From: Blepharisma stoltei ATCC 30299
Lineage: Eukaryota > Protista > Ciliophora
Length of the DNA stretch: 64,000 nt
Direction: 5' to 3'
Assembly: GCA_965603825.1 (NCBI GenBank)
Contig: CBFDEM010000010.1
Span: 124,001-188,000, forward strand
Shown: positions 1-12,336 of the stretch, piece after piece
Layout: each line of letters begins with the position of its first letter
Numbering within the stretch: the stretch's first letter is position 1
Position numbers and translations under genes: made by a program
The notes under the pieces: generated by a model
The model's database searches: none
What the model was told of the DNA's origin: nothing
Seen by the model: the letters and a program-made list of their open reading frames with translations, nothing else

Positions 1-931
1 AGTCTAAAATGCACTGGGACTCAAATCTTCTTAATGTGTTACATTGGCTACTTGAAGTACTGAAAAGCCAAGATTTGAGAGCTGCTTCATATTCTATTAC
101 AGGCCCATCTCCAGGGATCAAGCTGCAATAAGCAGCTCCAGTAGGATTCAGTCCACATACACAGTCAGGCAAAAAATTAAACTCATGATGAGTAAAGTTA
201 CAGTCTGTAGCTTTAGCATTCAGATCACACGGCCATGGAATTATATGGGTATTTTCAAACTTTTCATAGCATTTAAAACCTCCATCTCTCTCACGGCAAA
301 GATTATATTTGCAAAGATTGCTTTGATGCTCCCCACATATAGCAACAAATTCATCATTTTTTATTGACCAGTATTGAACACAAGCGTTCTCGGAAGAATC
401 AGTAGTTGAAGTAATATTGCAGCCAGCATAAGGCACACAATCAAAATCAGCTCGGCAGCCTTTGCTTCCGGCCTGAATTAAAGGGGCACATTTCATAGAT
501 CCTGGAGTTCCCTGACAAGACAATCCTGGGTTGCAATAATTGCTATCAGTGCATGCTACGCCTGATGAAAGTCCTACGCAGATTCCATTTGTGCATGCGG
601 TTGAATAAATAGGATTGCAGTCTCCAGTTTGAGTACATTTTTCTCCAGGCCAGCTTAGCTTTGTCTGAGCAGTTTGGCAGGTGTGGTTTCCTGGATTTTC
701 ACCTTTCAACATGCATGACTCTGTGGATTGAGCACAAGGATTTACATAATATGTGTAATCTGATTCATCATAATAAGCGCATTGGCTTTGCTCAAAGGTT
801 TGAGAAGATTTTTTGCATGCATATGAAGGGCAAGAGGGAGCAGATGCTTTATTTTCTTCAATATCATAGCGATAGGAGAAAACGGCTTGAGGGAGAATAA
901 GAAGAGCAAAAGCAATTAAGGGAGCAGCCAT
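1..931 (-). CDS. Secreted/surface cysteine-rich protein (3' partial); paralog of 30051..31094
   Basis: ATG at 931, signal peptide MAAPLIAFALLILPQAVFS, open frame to the window edge; motifs CPSYAC, WPGEKC, CNPGLSC, CVCGLNPTGAAYCSLIPGD, CNTLRR. Absent from the ORF track because it has no stop in the window. Confidence 0.85.
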   Translation of the reverse strand, partial: MAAPLIAFALLILPQAVFSYRYDIEENKASAPSCPSYACKKSSQTFEQSQCAYYDESDYTYYVNPCAQSTESCMLKGENPGNHTCQTAQTKLSWPGEKCTQTGDCNPIYSTACTNGICVGLSSGVACTDSNYCNPGLSCQGTPGSMKCAPLIQAGSKGCRADFDCVPYAGCNITSTTDSSENACVQYWSIKNDEFVAICGEHQSNLCKYNLCRERDGGFKCYEKFENTHIIPWPCDLNAKATDCNFTHHEFNFLPDCVCGLNPTGAAYCSLIPGDGPVIEYEAALKSWLFSTSSSQCNTLRRFESQCILD

Positions 932-994
932 TATTGTTTTGAATGTATTTAGCAATTTAATGGAAATAACCTGCAAGTAAAAATTATTTAATTA

Positions 995-1999
995 TTAATC
1001 AATTCTATTAACTTCCATATTAAAGCTATTATCTCTGCTAGTTTGCCCAGCCATAATTGTATTTGTCAATTTTTTCTCTGAGAGCTCTTCATTTTGAAAT
1101 AATTTATTTACAAATTTGACTCCTCTTATCAAAAAATTTGGGCTCTCATCTTCATATTGACTCACAACCCTATGTGGCTTAAACTGGCAGCTTCCTCTTT
1201 CTGATTTCAATCAATATAAAATATTTTTCATACAAGACCCTCTATGATAAGGCCCAAACAGTTTAATCGGCCACAGATTTTTTATTTTTTCATTAGTTGT
1301 CATATTGACAAAAAGTAAATATATATGAAAACTATACAGCCCAAAAACAATCCACATTGCAATAAATGCAAAAATAATAACAATAATTGAAGGAATTATT
1401 TCGTTGCTAAATTCCCCATTTACTTCTTTTTCCAGGATGTGCGCCAGGCTTACTGCGAAAGAAGAAAAGTCTAGGCAAGTCGCAATAGAAAGGTATGTTA
1501 TAAAATATTTGTAGTTTCTCTTACCTATGCAATTTCCGATATAAGGGCAGTGATGATCAAATTTCTCCACGCACAAATTGCATAGTGAGCAGTGGGAAGA
1601 CCTTGGAGGCCTAAAAATCAAGCAAGTGCGACAGAATTTCATCTTAACCATATTCCCATTGTGATGAAAAATAATTGGTTTCGGCATGCCTATAAGCTCG
1701 TTTAATGCTGCATTAGTTTTTGAGATATAAGGAGGAATTTGTTTTGGGATATATCCAGGGTCAGAAGTTGCTACTTTAAATTGAGCACAAATTGTCGAGA
1801 CTAATAATATTATTTGAATTATCATTGGGGCTGGGTTATCGTTTTCAAGAAAAAAGTTGCAAGGGTATATTATGCTGATAATTACCAAAAAAGTGATCAG
1901 GGTCGCTGATAGAACACCTCGATATCAGTCTGGACCTAGCATAAGCTTTCCTTTGCAACAAAATTTGTTTTTTCCTTGTCAGGACTTGTAGAGTTCCAT
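995..1999 (-). CDS. DHHC palmitoyltransferase (ERF2/ZDHHC9-14-18-like), 334 aa
   Basis: CRTCLIFRPPRSSHCSLCNLCVEKFDHHCPYIGNCIGKRNY; N-terminal YKS[TGA]QGKNKFCCKGKLMLGPD matches the family motif with W; three TGA=Trp join ORFs 995..1210 and 1211..1888. Confidence 0.95.
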
Positions 2000-2064
2000 T
2001 GATTTAAATTTTGAATGGAGTTTTATTATTGCTAAGTGATTGCTATTCGCTTAATAATACTAAA

Positions 2065-3736
2065 ATGGAATCAGGGCAAAATGATGTTGTGATCGAGCAC
2101 TGGTAACAGTTACTTAGTAAAAATTGTAAGGCCCATGATTGGTGCACAAAGCATGAAGAAGCAAAATATACTTCATTTTATGAGAAGACCAGAGCGGAGA
2201 TCGAGTCTCAATGTCCAGAAGTTATTGTTCATGAAAACTATGAGCACCCCATGCTACGTCAAATTTTAGAAGCCAGCTCAAAACGAAGCCCTTTTCCAAA
2301 GCCTTCATTTCCAAGGATGGGTTCATTTGAAGTTTATTTTCGCGGACAAGTAATTTCATCGAAGCTCCAGTCTGGTGTTTGGCCACACCCAGGGGCAGTT
2401 GCAAGCAAAATTCGAGAAATTTTAGATGGTGTCCAGCAACCCCGCCAAGCAAAAACTCAAAACGATTTTAATCCTCGAAAAAATAATGCCTCACCACCAA
2501 GAGCTGCTCAAGCAACCCAAAAGCCAAAGCAAGCCCCAGCAAAGCCTGCGCAAGCAAAGCAAACTGCCAGTAGAGGTAATGAAGAAGTGAGGAAAGCAGA
2601 AGAGCCTAAGATAGAGCAGCCTAAAAAAATTCATAGTCCTGAGTATGATTACAATTTTGAAAATGACTCAATGCCAAGGTCTCCTGTCCAGCAACCCTAC
2701 GAAGAGCACGAAGCTCACCCAAAGAAAGAAGAAAAGCATGAAATTATTAAAGAACAGCCTCCACACCATGAAGAGATAAAACATGAAACGAAACCGGCTG
2801 AAGCGGCACATGAAGTTCACCAGTCTTTTCATAGTCAGAATTCAGAAGTGCATGAAAATGTCCATCATGAGCCTCATAACCATACTGAACTTCATCAAAC
2901 CCCCCAAGAAGAGCCTCACTATAGTGAAGCCCAAAGCCGGCAAGACCCATCGTATCAGGAAGAGTCATATCATGAAGAGCACAAGAGTTTCCATGAAAGC
3001 CAGCATGAAGATCCTTCTCATCAGCCTTCATACCAGCAAACTCCAACTAACCAGTCATATCATGAAGCTCCTTCTCAAAAGTCATTTGCGCAAGAAGAAT
3101 CAGCCCATCAGACTCCATCCCACTATAGCCAATCTCATACAGGCTCTGCCCAGCAAACTCCATCACATCATGAAACTCCTGCTAAGGAGCAGGAAGATCC
3201 TTCACGTTCGGAGCACTACACTGAAGAATTCCATGAAAGTGACCGCGGAGAACCCGAAAAGCAGTCTTACTCTGGAGAGTATGAAGAAGGCTCTCAAAAA
3301 GGTGAAGAAGCAGAATCTAACCATGAAGAACATCAAGAAAATCCAGAAAATGCTGAAGAAAATTCTTATGAAGTAATTTATATATTAGAATGAAGCCTAT
3401 GAAGCCGAAAAGCAAGAACCTATCACAGAACCTCCTTATCCTCTAACTAGCAACATTGCTGCAGACATTCTTGTCGGCGAAACCAAGCAGAAGAAAATTT
3501 CTATTTCAAACGACTCTGATGAGGAGCAGCAATACCACATCGAAATTACCAATCCTGAGCTAATTGAAATAAAGGAGCAAGATATCTCCCTTCCTCCAAA
3601 TGGCAAAGGAAAAATCCAATTAGTCTTTAAACCAATTGACGAGCCTTGCCAGAAAACCACCTATTTAATTATCCAGCAGGATGGAGTAGTCAAGGACTGC
3701 TATGAGATCAAAATAGATTATATAACCAATAGCTAG
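2065..3736 (+). CDS. Rdx-family (SelW/SelT/SelH-like) CxxC domain + His/Glu/Gln-rich disordered linker + C-terminal Ig-like beta domain, 546 aa
   Basis: Introns 2103-2117 and 3373-3388; spliced N-terminus VVIEHCKNC...GSFEVYFRGQVISSKLQSGVWP; ends in TAG at 3734-3736. Confidence 0.8.
2103..2117 (+). other. 15-nt spliceosomal intron
   Basis: gtaacagttacttag; removal restores CxxC and removes an in-frame TAA. Confidence 0.9.
3373..3388 (+). other. 16-nt spliceosomal intron
   Basis: gtaatttatatattag; removal puts the frame into a 115-codon terminal exon. Confidence 0.85.
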
Positions 3737-3749
3737 AATAAATTAGCCT

Positions 3750-4655
3750 TTACAGCATGTCGTAATCGTCATCTACACTTTCAACATACTTCGTTACAGG
3801 GCTTAGCAGTGTCGCCAAGTTGTACTCGTCAAGGCACTCTTTAGCCATTTCGTTATTGAAATATCTAAAAAGCTCTTCAAAGTTCATCCGCAAAATTTTC
3901 CCTCGTTTTAAGGTCAGCATATTGAGGAGAAGGGAATATAGCACCTGCTCGCCTTCATATAGGAACATGTCGATCACTCGCATTGCATTCTGAATTGGTG
4001 CCTTGCATCCAAATATTGTAATAAAAAAAGGAGAAAAGCACGTGATTTCCAAGTTTTCTGTCTGCAAGTGGCAGTGCACTTCAGGCAGCAAGGACTGCAG
4101 CTTGTTTGAAAAAGAATCAAGCATCCCTACAAGCTTTGGGGTTCCAGTCTTAAAAACTTCTCGCCAATTTTTGTCCCACATGATTGAGACAAAAGTCCAA
4201 AAAGTTAGCTCTTCTGATTTTATGTGGATTAATAGAAGACCAACTATAAAAGCCATCCCTTGGCAGTAGCCTATCTCGTTATCGAATTGGGCGTAGGCTC
4301 TTAAGATTCTCAGGATCCCAGATTGTCCAATTCCTTTTGTGTCTTTGTACATTTCATGATCGGGAAAAGTCCGAGCAAGGTCTTTTTGAATTAATGGTTC
4401 GAAAATTGTGTCCTTTCTTTGAGAAAGAGTTTTGTAGGTTGAAGAGTCCATATGGGTTGCACGAGCCAAGAAAGGCCATATTTGACCTCTTAAGCTATCT
4501 GGAATCCCAAATAGCAGGCTTTTATGAATTCGTTTGGGGCATGTGTGGTGTAGATCATTTTTCTCAAGTAAAGAGATCCAATCTTCTTTTGTGAACTCAT
4601 TGATTATTGACTCAATTATTACATACTCATCGCTTAAAAGACTTTCTGTTGCCAT
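3750..4655 (-). CDS. TBC-domain Rab GTPase-activating protein, 301 aa
   Basis: GIPDSLRGQIW, IQKDLARTFP (Arg finger), GYCQGM (Gln finger). Confidence 0.95.
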   Translation of the reverse strand: MATESLLSDEYVIIESIINEFTKEDWISLLEKNDLHHTCPKRIHKSLLFGIPDSLRGQIWPFLARATHMDSSTYKTLSQRKDTIFEPLIQKDLARTFPDHEMYKDTKGIGQSGILRILRAYAQFDNEIGYCQGMAFIVGLLLIHIKSEELTFWTFVSIMWDKNWREVFKTGTPKLVGMLDSFSNKLQSLLPEVHCHLQTENLEITCFSPFFITIFGCKAPIQNAMRVIDMFLYEGEQVLYSLLLNMLTLKRGKILRMNFEELFRYFNNEMAKECLDEYNLATLLSPVTKYVESVDDDYDML

Positions 4656-5072
4656 GTCTATGGAATTTTATGAAGCAATAACCAACATATTTTTTAAAAA
4701 CAATTCTATCTAACTTAATAATCAATTGTATCTTTCAAGCTGCAAAATAATGCTGGAAAGGAAGCATAAAATTTTGTGTTGAATTAATTTAATATTATAA
4801 GAATTTATTGCCTAAAATTTAAGTGACAATTTTCTTATGTTTCAGTGTTTTAAGAAAAGTAAAGACCTATTCTTGAGATTGGAATAATTGTATTAATCTA
4901 AGCACAATAGTCTATCATACATGAGAAATATTTTGATCCTTGCATACCGATAATCATCTTCATAAGTATCTAAATTATAATAAAATAGCATTATAGCCAA
5001 TAATTAAATTATTTTAATTAAATCTTAAAAAGAAAATTATTTGTCTTTATACTAATGATTAAAAAGAACAAT

Positions 5073-6632
5073 TTATTTATCTTTCAATATTTTAGCATCT
5101 AGCATTTCTTCAGCTTCTCTATTGCAGTTTGCAATTGAAGCATTAAGCTCATTCATTTTCTCAAGTATTTCAACTCTATCTTTATTAAGATAATCAGCGC
5201 ATTCTTTTGAAATTACACTAGGCACAATTGTATTTGTTACATCTCCTAAAACCGCAATCTCGCTTGCAAGCATAGATTGAGTCGGACTTAATCCATTTTT
5301 CACATCAAAAAGTGAGCTGGTAAGTGTTGATTTATAATACTTGATAAATTTTTCGATTATCCTCAATTGTAAATCAATGAGAGAACAGTTTTCTCTGAAT
5401 TTCATTACTGTTTCTTCTTCAACACTTTTTTGCTTCACACTTTTGGACTCATTATATAAATTAGAAATGATTCCAAGAACTCTGGCATTTTCCTGGGGAA
5501 CTGAAATACTTGTTCTCGATCCTATACAATTCAATTGCATTGTGACGTATAAATGGAGATCTGGCTTCTGAGGAACTGAAATATTTAGAATTTCGCTAAA
5601 ATAAACGACTTCTCTGAGAGTAGAAAACCCAGAAGAAGGCCTGAAAATTAATTTTTCAAAATTTTCTGATACGAAAATAGTTCTATCTTCGTATTCCTTG
5701 TGAAATTTAACTTTGCATTGAACTCCTTGCAAAAGCTCAATATTACGCTGGTTCGTCTCTTTTAACATTTCTAACAAAACTTCTATTTGATAGTTTCTAA
5801 GTTCAACAAAATCACGTTCTGATTTATAAGATGCGCTATCAGCAATAGCTTGATCTCTTTTTCAAGCCTCTTCTTCTAATTTATTTGTTTTTTCTTGAAT
5901 TTCTTTTCTTTCATATTGTAACAGATCTTGGAGATTTTGAATTGTATAAGTTTGTGTGTCAAATTTTTGCTTTTTTGCTTCGAGTTCAACAGCTTTTTCT
6001 TGTAGCATTTCAATCTGATTTATTAATGAAGCAACCTCAGGAGATTCATTTTTTTCAGATTTTTGACCGTGTAGAGCAGAGATCATGAGCTCATCTTGAT
6101 CTAACAGACTTTTTATTTTTTGATATAACTCATTATAAGAATAAATTCCTAACAAATGCGCTAAATTTTCAAGGATTTCTTCAGAGCTCATTGGAGATTT
6201 TCCCCCGAATTTCTGTAAAACATCAGATTTATTTAAGGATATATTTTTATGACAGTTTTTTTGTCCAGTTGAGCCTGCAATTACATCATTAATAATTTGA
6301 GTCCATATGTCTCTGTCTTCTTTAGATTGTGCCCAAAATGAAACGCTATGCTTATTTGTCTCCAGTTGGAATCCATAGTTCTGATCTTCTTGGAGATCTA
6401 TTATTTGGTGTATATGATTTATAGAAATCCTATTATATTTGGATTTTGAGCTGGATTTTTTGTTTATCCATCGTAGCTCTTGAGATTTTGGATCTAACCA
6501 AACATATCGTTTGGAATCTGAAGAAATATTTTCTTTGTAAAGAGATGAGCCTATGTTATTTGTACCAGATTTTACAAATTCTTCATATGCACTTGATATA
6601 ACAGATATATCGTGATTAACTGTACCTAACAT
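5073..6632 (-). CDS. PH-like domain and coiled-coil protein, 519 aa
   Basis: KRYVWLD...ELRW...FWAQSKEDRDIWTQII PH signature; one TGA at 5862 joins two in-frame ORFs; possible second degenerate PH domain. Confidence 0.75.
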
Positions 6633-6869
6633 TTATTTTATGTTCGTTAAATTTCTAAAAACAAATAAAATGGGGATTGAAAGAAAATTTGAGTTTTACT
6701 AAGAGTAAAAAGAGGAGAAATCATTTAATCCAAATACTATGAGTCTAAACAAATCACTAAAACTGATTGAGCATAGCATAATTTTTGTAATTAAAGCCTA
6801 ATTTCAAAGCAATGCTCATGCAATATTTAAATCTAGACAAGAAGATTTAGCATTTAATAAAATCTAAAA

Positions 6870-9125
6870 TTAGATAGACTCATTACTAGAAACTTCCTCT
6901 CCTCTTGCAAGCTGATTATATGCATCAATTGCAGCAGTCTTCTTTGCAAGCCACAATGTTTTTGCTTCCCTTTTAAGATATGGCTTACCATTCACAATTA
7001 CACCGATCCCAAGAGAATTCTTATCTTTATCAACAATTTCTTCAAACTCTATCTTTATTCCGTGATGCTGACCATATTCTATTAGCCTTGAGCATATATT
7101 TTTTTTGCATTTGTCTTTATTTTTCACCAAATACATGATAGCTGGTGAAAAAAGCTCCCCAAATACCTCACATGTGATATTCAGTGATCCGCTATCTATA
7201 AATACAGCTCCAACTAATGCTTCAAAAACATCATTTAAAATTTTTGGTGGGTCATCAGTGTGAACACCAAAATCTAATAGATCGTCGTCCCAACGAGAAC
7301 ATTCTGCAAACCTTGCAATTTCTTCTGTATATTCCCGAGCGGCTTTGATATGTTTATCAAGGCCAATTGAAATAGCTAGTTTTCCTAAGAATGAATTTCC
7401 AACCAAAATGTGCCTAAATGTAGTTAGTTCTTCAGCAGAAAATTGCCCAAAAACAAAAATATTTGAGAGAACTATGAAATCTATGATGGCATCCCCAAGA
7501 AACTCTAATCTCTCATAATTCATTTCTGGGTCGATCGATTTGTGGGTAAGCACTTGAGTCAAGAGATCCTTATTATTGAAAAGGTACTGTATTGCTGCTT
7601 CTAGGCCATTAATTGTTTTAATTGAATTATCATATAGGATTGGCAGCAACTCACGCAGCTTAAATACTTTTTCACTGAAATAGTTGATGTTTCTGGCTTT
7701 CAAAATATTGTAATTATCATTGCTTAAAAGCTTCATGATTTCTCCCGATATTTCTTCATTTGGTAGTATCCCAATTTCATAAATAAATCCAGCAGCATCT
7801 CTTAGACCAACTCCTAGGTAAAACGCTCCAATTAAAGCTTCAACGAAGTCAGCAATCATTTTATCACTTATTTTATGCTCAATCTCACAGCTTTCACATT
7901 CAAGTATTTTCGATGCATAATAAGGTGGTCTAAATTTCGAAAACTTTAATGAATTTGTTTTAAGATATCTTTGCAGCTCGATTTTCTGTCCTATAGTACT
8001 CAGATAGCAGTTGCTGATTTTTCTGCACCTGGCTTTTGTAAGTTGATTTTCATTTGACTTAGGATAACGGTAGAAAATGTGAATGGTTGAAACTACTTTA
8101 AGCACAGTGTCTCCCAGATTTTCTAAGTAATCATAATTGTTTACATTATCCAAACAAGGACTTGTGCACGCATCTTTTAAGTATTTAAAGCAGCCTTCAT
8201 ACCTAAAATGATGAGCGAACTCAAAAATATATGATATAGCTTCTAGCTCTACTAAAGAGTTTAGCAAGCTGGTGCATTGAAACCAAGTTGAAGCTTTAAG
8301 AGGGTAAAGCTCAACATTTTCTGAGTGTAGAATTGGGGTTCCACTTTTATAGACCTTAGGCTTATCTGAATCGCTGCCATTTTCTAAATGTCTTGCTGAT
8401 TTCGTTTGTTTTGCAAAAATTAAAGTGGTGTCAGTTGATATCGGATAAATAAGTCCAGAAAAAAAGTGCTTTCTGAATTCATTAACTGATTCAATATTGA
8501 ATCTGTCGTCAAAAAGCACATCAAGAGCGCTATAAGTATGATAATGATCCTTATATGCTTGCAAGTCAGGATGGTCACTACCAAGGAGTTTTGATAGAAA
8601 TTCCTCAGCAGGCATGCTGTCATCAAAGCAGCAAATGCTCTGCCAAGTCATATTTTTACCTGTCAAAGATTTTACTATAATATCTTTTCTTTGGCTTGGA
8701 GAAAGTTTACGGATTTCGATTGGAGTTTTATTGCTGAGGAGAAAGTCTATAACTTCTCAATCGATTGAATTTTTAAGCAAAGGTACTATTAAGTAGTTTG
8801 TATTTGATATGTTTTCTTCTCTGATCTTTGATGTTCTTATTAAGTCTGTCCAAAATTCATGCTGAAAATTCTGAATATCAGATAAGGTATTGAAGCTGAA
8901 GCGGCACATACCTAAGGGTTCAAGAAGGTGGGATGGAAATGGTAAGGGCATAAAAGGAAGGACGATGCCATAATCAGGGGCTGCACACACTCGATATAAG
9001 AAACCGACATTTCTATCATTATCAATATAAAAATTCTGAGACAAAATACTTGAAAAATTTGGATATATTTGAGAGTCCTGAGGTGGAGTTGGCTTGAGTT
9101 TCTTCAATATTGGGTGTGAGTCCAT
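6870..9125 (-). CDS. Dicer-like protein without helicase (platform remnant, 2x RNase III, dsRBD-like tail), 751 aa
   Basis: YLIVPLLKNSID[TGA=W] platform motif; RNase IIIa YLENLGDTVLK...IADFVEALIGA; RNase IIIb NYERLEFLGDAII...KILNDVFEALVGAVFIDSG; tail AKKTAAIDAY. TGA at 8757 joins ORFs in frame. Confidence 0.93.
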
Positions 9126-9209
9126 AAATTTAATTTAAGGGGGATTTGATTCGAAAAAATATTTTTGCTAAGAGTTAATATTAAAAGTTGATATTTAGTT
9201 ACCAGAAGT

Positions 9210-9779
9210 TTATGCGTTCCCAGAAGAACTGATTAAGCTAGTATGCTTTTGAGATCCATCTTTGCTTGAATAAAATGAGTTCCTCAAAGATTGTCTGATG
9301 CTTGACATCCTTGAATTGAGAGGCTTAGGAGGCTCTAACGCTTTCTTTAATACTGTATTTTCCCATCCTTCCAGGTTTCTCACTTCATTTTCTTCTTCGT
9401 GCTTCAACTTATCAACAGTTTCGTATCAATGCGTTTTGCTTTTATATGTAATCACAGGAGCAGTCGCAGTCCTCCGATTTTTTGTAAAAAATTTCATTCC
9501 TTTTCTAGGGTGAACTGTACAAGGTAGGTCTGTTAATTTTTTTATATTTGCCTCTCTCTGAGGAGGTGGGACGAGCTTGAAGCAAGGTTTCCAATCAGGA
9601 AGCACTTTCCCATACCTTGGAGGAAAGTGTCTCTTACTTTTCAGCAGCTCGATCCCAGTAGAAGTTTCTCCCATTATTCCTTTCCCCCACAAGCTGAAAT
9701 CTGTCTGGTAGCTAGGTTGAAGTGCTTTTATTCCTCCTTTAAACTTTTGTGACCGTTCTCCATCCCATTCTTCAAACAT
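9210..9779 (-). CDS. Hypothetical basic protein, 189 aa
   Basis: ATG at 9779; one TGA at 9426 joins two in-frame ORFs; ends in TAA. Confidence 0.7.
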
Positions 9780-9943
9780 CTTTATATCAGTTATTTTATA
9801 GCAAACCAAAAGTTTTATAATCTAACAATCTGGCGAGCTTCGAAAGCTGGCTTTACTTCAAATAATTTTAAACTGCTAAATTAATATAAAGCAACATCGT
9901 TTAGTGTGCATCCTTATTAAATGAATATTCTTTGCTCGTTACA

Positions 9944-10678
9944 TTAATCCCTATATTTCGCACTGAGATTTTCATCAATATTTCCACTCAACGCATTTTC
10001 CAAATCTTCATAAGCATTTCTTTGCATAAACTGCGTATTTTGTAGTCTTTGAATAAGTTCCAATTCTAACTGTTCCATTCTTTCTATTTCCTGCTCTCTT
10101 TCAATCCTCGCCTGATTTTCTTCTTCAATTTTCTTCGCAATTTCTTTCTTCAATTTGGCTCTTCTTTCTTCCTCTATAAGTCTTCTTCTCTCTTCAGCCT
10201 CTCTTTGCTGTTCCTTTATTTGGTCTCTCAATGACATTTTTTGCATGTTTTCTTCTTTCATCTGAGCTTCTTTTGCTGCTTTTCTTCGTTTATTCACTTC
10301 TTTTAAGCTCAGAGCGTCCTGTTTGGCTCTTAACTGCATTTGGTTTCTAAGGGCACTTCTTTTCTTTTTTTCAAACTCCTTTTGTTTCTTGAATTCCTCT
10401 GCCTTTTTTTTATTTTCTAGCTCTTTTTCTAGCTGAGCTTGCCTTTGCTGCTGCTGATTTTCTTCATTTTTGGCTCGCGCAGCAAGTATTTCTTGAGCAC
10501 GCTTTCTAGTCTCTTCGATCTTTTTTAATGCTTTTGCTTCTTCTTGGCGAAGAAGGGAGATTCGATTAGCGAGAAGTCGAGAATCTTCTTCAGCTTGCTT
10601 TCTTAGTTGCCTGGCTTCAGAGAGGCCTGAGTGGCTGAAACCATTAATTGAGATGTTAGAATTGGAATTACTATCCAT
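9944..10678 (-). CDS. Charged coiled-coil protein, 244 aa
   Basis: Uninterrupted E/K/R/Q-rich helical ORF; LLANRISLLRQEEAKA motif. Confidence 0.85.
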   Translation of the reverse strand: MDSNSNSNISINGFSHSGLSEARQLRKQAEEDSRLLANRISLLRQEEAKALKKIEETRKRAQEILAARAKNEENQQQQRQAQLEKELENKKKAEEFKKQKEFEKKKRSALRNQMQLRAKQDALSLKEVNKRRKAAKEAQMKEENMQKMSLRDQIKEQQREAEERRRLIEEERRAKLKKEIAKKIEEENQARIEREQEIERMEQLELELIQRLQNTQFMQRNAYEDLENALSGNIDENLSAKYRD

Positions 10679-10911
10679 AATTTAAATTTATCCATGAGAT
10701 GGCATTTATTTAAGTAGAGAGAATATTTTTCTTCTAGAATAGCTTCGCTAATTAATAGAAATCATATAGAAAAAAATATCAATTTGCTTTATTTATCCAA
10801 CATAATAATAAAATAATCGTCTTAAAGTCGCCAGATGGTAGAGTTCATATAGACTTAATTAAAATTTCCGTTTTGATATATTTTCTGTGATTTTTTGACT
10901 TACGAATAGAA

Positions 10912-11255
10912 ATGGTAAAAATTAGATGCAGCAAGAAAGCTTTAGCGCACTCAAAAATGATGTCAATTCCAGAGCTCAGCAGACTATTAACGGTCTCTTA
11001 GGCAATAAAGAATACAACCAAGAAGAAGTGCCGCAGTGGACTGCTCATCTTTCTGAGGAGATTGTAAAATCTTTGAAAGAGCTCAGCAGCAATTTCAAGT
11101 ATTGTGTTTCGTGTGTCATTCTTCAAAAAGGAGACGCTGGAATGCACATGAGTTCCACCTGCTTTTGGGATAGCAATCTTGATGGAAGCGTAGCAATCAA
11201 ATGGGAAAATAACTCAATGCATTGCATTGTCAATATTTATGGCATTGCATTCTAA
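10912..11255 (+). CDS. DYNLT1: Dynein light chain, Tctex-1 type
   Basis: FKYCVSCVILQKGDAGMHMSSTCFWDSNLDGS...WEN. Start is either ATG 10912 followed by a 17-nt intron or ATG 10926. Confidence 0.93.
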
Positions 11256-11565
11256 ACTTAACTTTAAGAGGCTCTTAATCAGGATTTGTGATATTAATCT
11301 CTTTTAGTATGGTGAGGCTGTTCTCCTATAAGCAATCTTGACTAGAAAAAGTATAATGCGATATTCTAGAGGGCAGAATATACTTAGTAATAGCTTTATT
11401 GTTTTCAATTTTACTATGACTTAAGCTGAGATGTAAATTTAATACATTTAAATTAAATTAAGTGCAAGTTTTCACTGCTATGGTCTTAATTAATTTCTCT
11501 TAATTTGATTTATTAATTATCAATTAAAATATTTTATTATCGATTAAAGTTTTAATAAGTCTAGC

Positions 11566-12336
11566 TTAACTAGGAATGCTTAAATCAAATATAGCTTGAA
11601 CTGGATAATGATCGCTTGGATAAAACTGTCCATCTTTTATATGTGTGAGAACTCTGCCTTCAACCACATTTAGGTTTTTGAACCAAATGTAATCATAACA
11701 TCCAACTTCCCCAAACCTTTCCCAGTTTTCTCTACTTCCAAGCATTTCTGTTGGCCATGTTACATCAGGCTCTTTTCCATGCACTTCTTTCATTGAGGAT
11801 TTAAAGTGTCTACTGAAGAACTCATAAGTTTCAGATTCAGGGACACAATTGAAATCTCCCATCACAATTATGGCAGAATTCATCATAGGTCTAAGCCAAT
11901 CAATTAGCATCATTGCTTGCTCAAGTCTTTCTTCTTCAGTAATGTGGTCTAAATGTGTGTTGACTACCCATATTTCTCTGCCATTTACCCTTATTTTCAT
12001 TCTTTGAGCCACCCTTGTGTTTGATTTATAGGTCAAGTATCCTTCTGCAAGGATTTTTATATCATTTTTGATTAGGATGCCATTTCCATCGATTTTTAAG
12101 TTTATTGATCCTAGTTCCGTTCACATTAATGGTATTGGTGCTGGGGAGTAAATAAATTTGTAACCTGGATGATTGCAGATATCTTTGTTTCCATTATAAT
12201 CAATTTCTTGAAGTCCAACAATATCACTATCCATTTCATCAATAGTTCTCTTTATAAGCGGACTTCTATGCTCATAATACAAGCAAGAGTTCAAAATATT
12301 AAAAGTGCTGACTTTCAGCATTTTTATTGTAATCAT
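11566..12336 (-). CDS. Endonuclease/exonuclease/phosphatase (EEP) family protein, copy A, about 256 aa
   Basis: TFNI, GLQE, NTHLD, GDFN, YDYIW, PSDHYP; one TGA at 12121. Confidence 0.92.

Noticed and set aside
2065-2450. Selenoprotein
   Set aside because: The redox motif is CxxC (TGT codons); no in-frame UGA at a Cys-homologous site and no SECIS recognised.
2783-3376. 197-aa alternative-frame ORF overlapping the Rdx gene
   Set aside because: Expected by-product of repetitive CAT/GAA/CAA codons in a low-complexity region; no motif.
10915-10925. 11-nt intron gtaaaaattag
   Set aside because: Below the observed size class; the 17-nt alternative or no intron fits better.
11270-11400. Second structured ncRNA candidate (ctagaa/ttctag stem, AGAATA)
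   Set aside because: Short stems in AT-rich DNA, with no convincing ACA or C/D box pair.
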